A stretch of DNA of 64,000 nucleotides. Origin: a bacterium. GTDB taxonomy: Bacteria > UBA8248. Under the pieces are notes generated by a model, which saw only the letters and a program-made list of their open reading frames with translations, did not search any database and had not been told where the DNA came from. Both the position numbers and the translations under genes were made by a program. The stretch is from positions 2,752,001-2,816,000 of the forward strand of contig OZ242260.1 of NCBI GenBank assembly GCA_965207065.1. Direction: 5' to 3'. How positions within the stretch are numbered: position 1 is the stretch's first letter; each line of letters begins with the position of its first letter. Below are positions 20,955-29,042 of the stretch, in pieces.

Positions 20955-21623
20955 ATGACGGCCGAGTTCGTCGTGGTCGACTACGGAATGGGAAACGTCC
21001 TGAGCGTGAGGAACGCGCTGGCCAAAATAGGCGCCGAGGCGGTGTTGAGTGACGACCCGCGAGTCCTGGAAACCGCAACGGGCGTCATCATGCCAGGCAT
21101 TGGTGGTTTTCCGGAATGCATGCGCGCCCTGGAGGACGCGGGTCTCACAGGGCCACTTCGCCGCGTTATAGAGCAAGGCGTTCCCTATCTCGGGATATGT
21201 CTTGGCCTCCAGATTCTTTTTGAGGAAAGCGAGGAGTTCGGCTCCACGCCGGGTCTGGGAATCCTGCCCGGGCGCGTGCGGCGTTTTCCCGAGGGGATGA
21301 CCGAAAACGGCGGCGCGCTGCCCTTGAAGGTCCCCCACATGGGCTGGAACCAGCCGCAGTTTCACAACCAATCCCCGATTCTCGCGGGCGTGCCCCAGGG
21401 TGCGCATTTCTATTTCGTCCACTCCTACTATGCGGAGCCCTCGGAAGCGGCGCGGCCCTGGATTGCGGCGACGTGCGATTTCGGCGTGCCCTTCATCGCC
21501 AGTGTTCATCGGAAAAACCTCTTCGCCACCCAGTTCCACCCCGAGAAAAGCGGTACGCTCGGCTTGGGCATTTTGAGGAAATTCGTCGACATCTGCCGCG
21601 CGCAGAAAACCGCATCCGCTTAG
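20955..21623 (+). CDS. hisH: Imidazole glycerol phosphate synthase glutamine amidotransferase subunit
   Basis: DYGMGN, PGIG.F, GICLG.Q, VPHMGWN, YFVHSY, QFHPEKS. ATG 20955. Confidence 0.97.
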   Translation: MTAEFVVVDYGMGNVLSVRNALAKIGAEAVLSDDPRVLETATGVIMPGIGGFPECMRALEDAGLTGPLRRVIEQGVPYLGICLGLQILFEESEEFGSTPGLGILPGRVRRFPEGMTENGGALPLKVPHMGWNQPQFHNQSPILAGVPQGAHFYFVHSYYAEPSEAARPWIAATCDFGVPFIASVHRKNLFATQFHPEKSGTLGLGILRKFVDICRAQKTASA

Positions 21624-21722
21624 GGGGTCAAACGCGAGCGAAGAGCGAGTGTTTGCAGCTTTTTTCCAGTCGAAAGGGGTGTCCCCTCTACCCCCTGAAA
21701 AGGGGACTTTTTCAACAACCCC
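21624..21722. mobile_element. Short/truncated MITE-like element C
   Basis: Starts GGGGT right after the hisH stop (TTAG). Ends with rc GGGGTTGTTGAAAAAG (21707-21722) followed by CTAG. Confidence 0.55.
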
Positions 21723-21867
21723 CTAGGGACGGCCCCTCGGGCGGGCCGCTGCGGGCGCGCCTTGGCCCCTTTTCTGCAAGAAACTCTCACAAGCGTTTGC
21801 AATAATACCTGTTTGGGTTTAATGAGAGGCGCAAGAGTGGCGGCGATTTCATCTCGGGGGTGGCGGT

Positions 21868-22593
21868 TTGCTTCTCATTCCGGCGGTCGATCTCAAGGGC
21901 GGTAAATGCGTTCGGCTCATCCAGGGCGAGAAAGAGCGCGAGATCGTCTACGGCGATGACCCGGTCGCCTGGGCACTGCGCTGGGTGGAGCAGGGAGCGC
22001 AGCGGCTTCACCTCATCGATCTCGACGGCGCCTTCGACGGCGCGCCCGCCCACATCGACGTTCTGGCCCAGGTTGCCGAGGCCGTGGACGTTCCCGTGGA
22101 ATTCGGCGGCGGCGTGCGCTCGGAAGTTTCGCTCGCGGCCGTGCTGGAAGCGGGCGCGAGCTTCGTCATCCTCGGCACGAGCGCGCTCAGGAATCCGGAA
22201 TTCCTGGAATCCGCCGCCCGAGCGAACCCCGGTAAAATTCTGTTGGGCATCGACGCCAAGGACGGGGAAGTCAGAATCTCGGGCTGGGAGGAAGGCGATT
22301 CGGTATCGCCCGAGTCACTGGCGAACCGCTTCGCCCATCTGCCTCTCGCGGGAATCATCTTCACCGACATCAGGCGCGACGGCACGCTGGAGGGTTTCGA
22401 CCCCGGCCCCACCGCCGCCTTGGCCCAGGCCTGCGGTCTGCCCGTCATCGCCGCAGGCGGGGTGAGCAGGCTCGAGGATGTGGAAAAACTCATTCCCTTA
22501 GAAGATAAGGGCGTCATCGGCGCCGTCGTGGGGCGCGCGCTCTATGAGGGGACCATGGATTTTCCAAAGGCGATGGAGATGCTCTCTTGCTAG
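21868..22593 (+). CDS. hisA: ProFAR isomerase
   Basis: TTG start. [44 protein letters not shown]. Confidence 0.97.
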   Translation: MLLIPAVDLKGGKCVRLIQGEKEREIVYGDDPVAWALRWVEQGAQRLHLIDLDGAFDGAPAHIDVLAQVAEAVDVPVEFGGGVRSEVSLAAVLEAGASFVILGTSALRNPEFLESAARANPGKILLGIDAKDGEVRISGWEEGDSVSPESLANRFAHLPLAGIIFTDIRRDGTLEGFDPGPTAALAQACGLPVIAAGGVSRLEDVEKLIPLEDKGVIGAVVGRALYEGTMDFPKAMEMLSC

Positions 22594-23357
22594 CCAAGCG
22601 AATCATTCCCTGTCTCGACGTAAAAGAGGGCCGCGTGGTGAAAGGCGTGAATTTCGAGGGTCTTCGCGATGCGGGCGACCCCGTGGAGTGCGCCGCGCAT
22701 TATGACGAGATGGGGGCGGATGAAATCTGCTTTCTCGACATCACGGCTTCGAAGGAAAAGCGCGGCACCCTGCTCGACATGGTGCGGCGTACGGCGGAGC
22801 GCGTGTTTGTTCCCCTCACGGTAGGCGGCGGCGTGCGCGAGGAGGAAGACGTGCGCGATCTTCTGAGAGCAGGCGCGGACAAGGTGAGCATCAACAGCGC
22901 GGCGCTAAGAGACCCGTGCGTCCTCAAACGCTCGGCGGAGCGCTACGGAAGCTCCACCATCGTGTGCGCCATCGACGCCAAGCGCGTCTCGGGCGATGCG
23001 GACCCGCCCCGGTGGGAGGCGTTCACGCACGGGGGCTCTCGCCCCACCGGCCAGGACGCCGTAACCTGGGCGGAGGAAGCGTGCGAACTCGGCGCGGGCG
23101 AGATTCTTCTCACCAGCATGGACAGGGACGGCACCAAGGACGGGTATGACCTGGCCCTCACGCGCACGATTGCTGAGCGGGTGAGCGTGCCCGTCATCGC
23201 CTCGGGCGGCGTGGGGAATCTGGAGCATCTCTACGATGGCTTGGAGGAGGGCTGCGCCGACGCCGTTCTGGCCGCCTCGATCTTCCATTTCGGCGATTAT
23301 TCGGTCGAGGAGGTGAAGGTCTATCTGCGCGAGCGTGGCGTGGAGGTGAGGCTGTGA
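22587..23357 (+). CDS. hisF: Imidazole glycerol phosphate synthase cyclase subunit
   Basis: [45 protein letters not shown]. Confidence 0.98.
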   Translation: MLAKRIIPCLDVKEGRVVKGVNFEGLRDAGDPVECAAHYDEMGADEICFLDITASKEKRGTLLDMVRRTAERVFVPLTVGGGVREEEDVRDLLRAGADKVSINSAALRDPCVLKRSAERYGSSTIVCAIDAKRVSGDADPPRWEAFTHGGSRPTGQDAVTWAEEACELGAGEILLTSMDRDGTKDGYDLALTRTIAERVSVPVIASGGVGNLEHLYDGLEEGCADAVLAASIFHFGDYSVEEVKVYLRERGVEVRL

Positions 23358-24028
23358 GCGAAGTGGAAATTCCCGAGGTCAAGTGGAACGAGCAGGGTCT
23401 GGCTCCCGCCATCTGCCAGGATGCGGGCACGGGACAGGTCCTGACCCTTGCCTGGGTGAACGAGGAATCGCTCCGCTTGACGCTGGAGAAGGGAACCGTC
23501 CACTTCTGGTCCCGCTCCCGAGGGGAGCTTTGGCACAAGGGCGAGACGTCGGGGAACTATCTGCATCTGGTCTCGGCGAGGCTCGATTGCGACGCGGATG
23601 CGCTGGTGTTCATCGTAAGGCCCGACGGGCCGGCCTGCCACACGAACCGGATGTCTTGTTTTTTCAACGAAGTACCTGTTCCTGATCGGGAAGGCGGTGA
23701 GGCGGCCCTCGATTTCGATCAGAACCTGCTGGAATCGGTTTATCGCCTGATCCTGGAGCGAAAAAAGGCGGGCGATACGGATTCGAGCTATGTGGCGCGC
23801 CTGTTCGCCAGGGGCGAGGAGCGGGTGCTGGAGAAGATAGACGAAGAAGCCGCCGAGGTCGTCACGGCGATGCGCGAAGAGGGCCCCGACGCGATAACGA
23901 ACGAGGTGGCCGATTTGTGGTTCCACACCATGGTGGGCATGGCCGCGAACGACGTGCCGCCGGGGCGGGTATTTGTGGAACTCGCGCGCCGGTTCGGGCG
24001 AGGCGGGAGGCCGGAGTCCGAGAGATAG
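23354..24028 (+). CDS. hisIE: Bifunctional PRA-CH / PRA-PH
   Basis: N-terminal SRSR..LW.KGETSGN, DCD.D, ACHT...SCF. C-terminal SY...LF, KI.EEA.E, E.ADL.FH. Confidence 0.95.
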   Translation: MSEVEIPEVKWNEQGLAPAICQDAGTGQVLTLAWVNEESLRLTLEKGTVHFWSRSRGELWHKGETSGNYLHLVSARLDCDADALVFIVRPDGPACHTNRMSCFFNEVPVPDREGGEAALDFDQNLLESVYRLILERKKAGDTDSSYVARLFARGEERVLEKIDEEAAEVVTAMREEGPDAITNEVADLWFHTMVGMAANDVPPGRVFVELARRFGRGGRPESER

Positions 24029-24293
24029 GGGGCTCTCGGCCAAAGGGGCTAGTTGAAAAAGTCCTTGTTTCCCCCCGGTCGGCGACATGATGATCCCGTA
24101 GGGACAGGCCTCCGTGCCTGTCCTGATTTTAACCATCCTGCAAAAGGACAACCACGGAGGGTTGTCCCTACACTGCCACTCCTCCATCATCGGCCTTTTT
24201 AACAGGCCCTCAAGGGGGAGTGAAGTTTCCTACCTCCTCGCTCGGTTGGTTACATACGCAGAATCACGAGGTCGGGATTTTTTCAAAAACCCC
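24029..24293. mobile_element. Composite MITE-like locus D: inner TIR element (24046-24209) with GTAG REP doublet, abutting the right half of a B-type element (24208-24293)
   Basis: TIR copies GGGCTAGTTGAAAAAG (24046-24061), rc GGGCCTGTTAAAAAGG (24194-24209) and rc GGGGTTTTTGAAAAAA (24278-24293). 24244-24293 aligns by eye with 20891-20939. Confidence 0.65.
24098..24171. repeat. GTAG-tagged REP doublet (inverted pair)
   Basis: GTAGGGACAGGCCTCCGTGCCTGTCCT at 24098-24124. The rc of 24145-24171 is GTAGGGACAACCCTCCGTGGTTGTCCT. Confidence 0.92.
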
Positions 24294-24346
24294 GAATTGG
24301 GCGATTGCCCGCCCAAAGTGATGATATTTAATTATTTTCATTATTC

Positions 24347-24375
24347 TTGACAGGTTCGCGCTCGGCTCCTATATT
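24347..24375 (+). promoter_or_regulatory. Near-consensus sigma70 promoter upstream of mutS2-dnaG-rpoD
   Basis: TTGACA (24347-24352), 17 nt, TATATT (24370-24375), with an AT-rich upstream tract. Confidence 0.75.
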
Positions 24376-24696
24376 GTTTCCTGATAATAGGATTATTGCG
24401 TAATCTGTGCGGTTTATTTTTATAAGCAGTTGAATTTCAAAAAGATACGGGATGGCAAGGGTCATCCCCTCATTTTGTTCATGGACGCTGCGTTCTTCGG
24501 TTCATCTGGAAGAACGATCGAGAAAAGGACCCTGAGTACACTTCGCCCCATCGGCATTCCCCACTGATTCCCTGGAGGCGTGCCGGAAAAGAACCGCCAA
24601 TTCTTCGATTAAGATTACTGAAACACGCCGTTGTGTCCCGGTACCGGGACAAAGGGGTGATTCAGCTGTACATCTATTATCCGTGGGTGATGGTTC

Positions 24697-27048
24697 ATGG
24701 ATGGCCGAACACTGCAAGGCATTGAATTCGAAGATGTTTTGAAACTGCTGGAGGCTCGCTGCGCCTCGAAGTCCGGCGCGGCTGCGGCCGCAGCGCTCGT
24801 TCCGCTCACCTCGTCTTTCAAGGTCGATACCCTGCTCGACGAGACGGATGAAGCGGTGGCGCTCCAGGGCGCCGGGGAGTACATGCCGCTGGCCGCGTTC
24901 GATGATCCCGAAGGGTGGCTCGAGGACATCAGACGCCGGGGCGGGAACCTCGAGGGTGAGAAATTCCTCTCGATCCTCTCGTTACTGAACCTCGCCTCCG
25001 ACGTGCGCCGCTTCGTGGAGGAGCGCGCCGAGAGGCTGCCCAGGCTCAGGATGCGCATTCACGGCGCGGACATGCTATATCCCCTGGCCGCGCGAATCAG
25101 GCGCATTCTCGATGAGCGCGGCGAGGTGCGCGACGACGCGAGCCCCGAACTCCAGGAATCGAGAGCGAAGCAGCGCGCGCTCAGGAACGAGATACGCCGT
25201 CTGCTCGACAGGGTGATGGCCGCGCATCCGAATGCGGTTCAGGAAAACCTGATAGTGCAGCGGCGCGAGCGGTATCTGATTCCCGCCAGAACGACCTTCA
25301 AGCGCTCGTTCGAGGGCGTGATACAGGATCGCTCCTCGAGCGGGGAGACCTTGTTCGTGGAGCCGCTGTCGGCGGTGCCCGTCAACAACGCCATCGCCGA
25401 GGAACGCGAGGCCGAGCGCGCGGAGGTGGAGCGAATCCTGCGCGAGCTGACCGAGGAGGTGATGGCGTCGCGCGAGGCAATTGTCTATCTGGTGCAGTGC
25501 CTGGCCGGGCTCGACCTCATCTGGGCGAAAGCGCGCCTGGGGGTCGATTGGCGCGGCGCGCGCGCTCAGGCGAGCGCGGACGGAAGCATCCGGTTGAAAG
25601 CCGCGCGTCATCCCCTGCTCACGGCGGGCGTCGGCGCAGTGCCGAAAGAACAGGTGGTGCCCATCGATCTCGAGGTGGGGAGAGACGGAATGCGCCAACT
25701 CCTCATCACCGGGCCCAACACGGGCGGCAAGACGGTGGCCTTGAAGACGGTGGGCCTTTGCGTGGCGCTTCACCAGTGCGGCCTGCCCATACCGGCTGCG
25801 CCCGAGAGCGCGCTCCCCGTCGTCAAGACGCTCGTCGCCGACATCGGCGATGAACAGGACATCCAGCAGAACCTGAGCACCTTCTCGGGCCACATGGCGC
25901 GCGTCTCGGGCGCGGTGCGCGAGGCGGGAGAGGGCGTGCTCGTGCTCCTGGACGAGTTGGGCTCCGGCACCGACCCGGCGGAGGGTTCGGCCATCGGCGT
26001 CTCCGTGCTCGAGCATCTCGCGGAGAGCGGCGCGCTCTGCATCGTGACGACGCACCACGACGCCCTCAAGCATTACGCCTATCAGGCCGCGCACGCCGAG
26101 AACGCCTCGGTGGAGTTCGACGCCGATGACCTCTCGCCCACCTACCGGATCCGCATGGGCGCGGCCGGGCCGAGCAACGCCATGTCGGTGGCGCAAATGA
26201 TGGGTCTGCCCGAATCCGTGCTGGCGCGCGCGGATGTGCTGCTCACGAAAGGCCCCGTCCAGGTGGATCGCCTGATGGCGAACCTCTCCGATCAGGGGCG
26301 CGAGATGGAAGAAAAAGAGGCCGACCTCTCGGCCCGCCGGGTGCTGCTCGAAGCGCGCGAGAGAGAGCTCGAGCGCCAGTTAAGCGAGGAAGCGCGCCAG
26401 AGGGGCGATGATGCGGCCCGGTTCCTGAAAGACTTGAGGCGCGAGGCCGATGATCTCCTGAACGAGATGCGCGGGGCGCTCGAAATGGAGGAAGCCAAGC
26501 GTATCGCGCGCGAGCGCATTCGCGAGATGAGCGCCGGAATCGAGAAAGCGCTGCCCCGGAGGGAAGAGGCGGCTACGCGCGCGCCGGTTTCACTTCGTGT
26601 GAAAGACAGGGTGCGCATCCCGCTCATGAACTGCACGGGCGAGGTGGTCGCCCTGCACGGAGACGATGAGTTGACGGTGTCCGTGAACAGCAAATCCCTT
26701 CGCCTGTCCTGCAGCGTGGTGGAGGTTCTGGACGATGCGCCGGTCGCGCCCGCTCGCAGGAGCACGGTGACGCACGACGTCTTGTCGAGAGGGGATGATT
26801 TCTCGCCCGAGCTTCAGCTGCGCGGCGTGCGCGCCGAGCGCGCCCTCGAGATGGTGGACAAGTATCTCGACGACGCAGCGCTCGTGGGAATCGCGTCTGT
26901 TCGCATCGTGCACGGCAAGGGGGAGGGGGTGCTCACCCAGGTCATCGCCGAGAGGCTCAAGGAACACACCCTGGTGTCGAAGTTCGGCCCCGCGCGGCCC
27001 GAAGAGGGCGGCTGGGGCGTCACGAACGTGGAGTTGGCCCTGCGCTGA
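24697..27048 (+). CDS. mutS2: MutS2 family ATPase/endonuclease with C-terminal Smr domain
   Basis: ITGPNTGGKT, DIGDEQ.I.Q.LSTFS.H, DELGSGTDP.EG, TTH, IVHGKG.G, GG.G.T. Confidence 0.96.
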   Translation: MDGRTLQGIEFEDVLKLLEARCASKSGAAAAAALVPLTSSFKVDTLLDETDEAVALQGAGEYMPLAAFDDPEGWLEDIRRRGGNLEGEKFLSILSLLNLASDVRRFVEERAERLPRLRMRIHGADMLYPLAARIRRILDERGEVRDDASPELQESRAKQRALRNEIRRLLDRVMAAHPNAVQENLIVQRRERYLIPARTTFKRSFEGVIQDRSSSGETLFVEPLSAVPVNNAIAEEREAERAEVERILRELTEEVMASREAIVYLVQCLAGLDLIWAKARLGVDWRGARAQASADGSIRLKAARHPLLTAGVGAVPKEQVVPIDLEVGRDGMRQLLITGPNTGGKTVALKTVGLCVALHQCGLPIPAAPESALPVVKTLVADIGDEQDIQQNLSTFSGHMARVSGAVREAGEGVLVLLDELGSGTDPAEGSAIGVSVLEHLAESGALCIVTTHHDALKHYAYQAAHAENASVEFDADDLSPTYRIRMGAAGPSNAMSVAQMMGLPESVLARADVLLTKGPVQVDRLMANLSDQGREMEEKEADLSARRVLLEARERELERQLSEEARQRGDDAARFLKDLRREADDLLNEMRGALEMEEAKRIARERIREMSAGIEKALPRREEAATRAPVSLRVKDRVRIPLMNCTGEVVALHGDDELTVSVNSKSLRLSCSVVEVLDDAPVAPARRSTVTHDVLSRGDDFSPELQLRGVRAERALEMVDKYLDDAALVGIASVRIVHGKGEGVLTQVIAERLKEHTLVSKFGPARPEEGGWGVTNVELALR

Positions 27049-27078
27049 TGCTCCGCTTGCTGGGATGAGGGTACAGGA

Positions 27079-28965
27079 ATGGGAAGAGTGCCGGAAGAGG
27101 TGGTCGATCAGATAAGGGACGGCGCTCCGATTGAAGACGTCGTCGGCGAGTTCGTGCGCCTCAAGAAAGCGGGGACGAACTACAAGGGCCTCTGTCCGTT
27201 CCACGACGAGAAGACGCCTTCATTCAACGTGAACCCACGCATGGGCATCTACAAGTGTTTCGGATGCGGTGCGGGGGGCAACGTCTTTCAGTTCCTGATG
27301 CAGCACGAGGGCATGAGTTTTCCCGAGGCGCTCTCGCGTCTGGCGAAACGCCAGGGAATCGACCTCTCCCGCTATGAGGGGTCCGGGGAGCGGAGTCCCC
27401 AGAAGCCCGACGCGCGCCGGAAAATGTTCGCCGCGAATCGCCTGGCGGCCGATTTTTTCATGGCGGCGCTGAAGAGTAACCCGGGCGAGCGGGGCCGCCG
27501 GTATCTCGAAGAGCGCGGCGTTACGGATGACGCCCTCGCGAGGTTTCGGGTCGGGTTCGCGCCCCCGCGCTGGGATGCGCTTATCAAGGCGGCAGGGAAA
27601 AGGGGCGTATCTCCCGGTGACCTCGCGGAAGCGGGCCTTGCCGTAAGGCGCGAGGACGGAAGCGGGTATTACGATCGATTCAGGGACCGGGTCATGTTCC
27701 CCATCCGCAACCACGAGGGCGAAATAGTGGGCTTCGGCGGGCGTTCGCTGCCCGACAGCGACCCGCGCCATGCCACCGCGAAATACGTGAATTCTCCGGA
27801 CACGGCGCTCTTCAAGAAGGGCAGGACGCTGTATGGCTTTTATGAGGGCAGGGAGGCGATTCGCGAGAAAAAGCGCGTCCTGGTGACGGAGGGATATTTC
27901 GACGTCATATCGCTTTGGCGGCATGGGTTCCGGGAGGCTGTGGCGCCGCTGGGCACCGCGCTGACCGCCGAGCACATCAGGAGCCTGCGGGCGCATGCGG
28001 AGGAACTCGTGTTTGTCTTTGATCCCGATGCCGCGGGACTCGCGGCCTCTGAGCGCGCCGGTTCGGTGGCGGGACGGATGCTCGGCCTCGCCGGCGCGCC
28101 CGATCTGCTCGTGGCCAGCGACGTGCTACGCAAGAATTTTATCGATCGCGACGGAGCGGGCGCCGTGCGCCTCAAAGTGGTCAACCTCCCCGAAGGACAC
28201 GATATCGACACGTTTTTGGGAGAAAACGGAGCGGAGGACTTCGCCGGCCTCCTCTCCTCCGCGGAGGGAATCCTGGAGAACACCATCCAGACTGCGATGG
28301 ACGGAATCGCCGCAGGCGCGAGCCAGGCCGAGAAAATCGAGGCCATCCAGCGGCTCTTGCCCATCCTCGGGACTTGCCACCACAGCGTTCAGGACCAATA
28401 TTTGGCCTTATTGGAGGATCAGCTCGGGATCCCCTATCCCACGCTGACGGCCATGGTGAGGAGGATGCTGGCGGAAAACGCCCGGGAAAGTTCGCCCCGA
28501 AGAGAGGAAGAGAAGGTCGATCTGCTGGGGGAGAACCTCGAGCGTCCAAAGTTCGAGATGGACACTCTGCAGCTTTTGCTGATGAAGCCGGAGTTGGCGT
28601 CCGAGGTGCCCGATGGCTTGCTGACCGACCCGGCGGTGAACGAGGTGCTCTCCCTCATGAAATCACAGGATGCGGCCTCGCTCACGGCGGCATCTATCGC
28701 GGACAGGCTGGAGAGCCCCGCCGCGAGCGCCCTGGTGGTGGAATTGGCCGTCGTGGAGGTGGAGCCCGAAGAGGTGGAGGCGGAGCTTTTCGATTGCATC
28801 GAGAGGCTCAAGGAGCGCCGCCGGCGAAATGTGGAAGAGGATTTGATGAAGCGCATCGAGCAGACGCGCAAGCAAGAGGGGGAGGATTCCCCTGAAATGT
28901 GGAAACTTCTGGAGCGGAAAAACGCGCTTCTGCGCGAGCGGCAGCGAACGGCCTCGCCGCGCTGA
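27079..28965 (+). CDS. dnaG: DNA primase
   Basis: CPFH.EKTPSF...CFGC zinc-binding domain, DRFRDR.MFPI, KY.NSP.T, EGYFDV, FD.D.AG. Confidence 0.97.
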   Translation: MGRVPEEVVDQIRDGAPIEDVVGEFVRLKKAGTNYKGLCPFHDEKTPSFNVNPRMGIYKCFGCGAGGNVFQFLMQHEGMSFPEALSRLAKRQGIDLSRYEGSGERSPQKPDARRKMFAANRLAADFFMAALKSNPGERGRRYLEERGVTDDALARFRVGFAPPRWDALIKAAGKRGVSPGDLAEAGLAVRREDGSGYYDRFRDRVMFPIRNHEGEIVGFGGRSLPDSDPRHATAKYVNSPDTALFKKGRTLYGFYEGREAIREKKRVLVTEGYFDVISLWRHGFREAVAPLGTALTAEHIRSLRAHAEELVFVFDPDAAGLAASERAGSVAGRMLGLAGAPDLLVASDVLRKNFIDRDGAGAVRLKVVNLPEGHDIDTFLGENGAEDFAGLLSSAEGILENTIQTAMDGIAAGASQAEKIEAIQRLLPILGTCHHSVQDQYLALLEDQLGIPYPTLTAMVRRMLAENARESSPRREEEKVDLLGENLERPKFEMDTLQLLLMKPELASEVPDGLLTDPAVNEVLSLMKSQDAASLTAASIADRLESPAASALVVELAVVEVEPEEVEAELFDCIERLKERRRRNVEEDLMKRIEQTRKQEGEDSPEMWKLLERKNALLRERQRTASPR

Positions 28966-29042
28966 AGCGTTTTTTTAGGGTTTTGTTTTGTCATGAATTC
29001 GCAGTGTTTTAACTGCCTGGCCGGATGAAAAGGAGAGTCACA

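Noticed and set aside
19650-24350. CRISPR array, or small coding genes in the his spacers (19752-19976, 20511-20768, 21620-21802, 24114-24350)
   Set aside because: The repeats are inverted pairs rather than regularly spaced direct repeats and there are no cas genes. The small ORFs are translations of repeat DNA.
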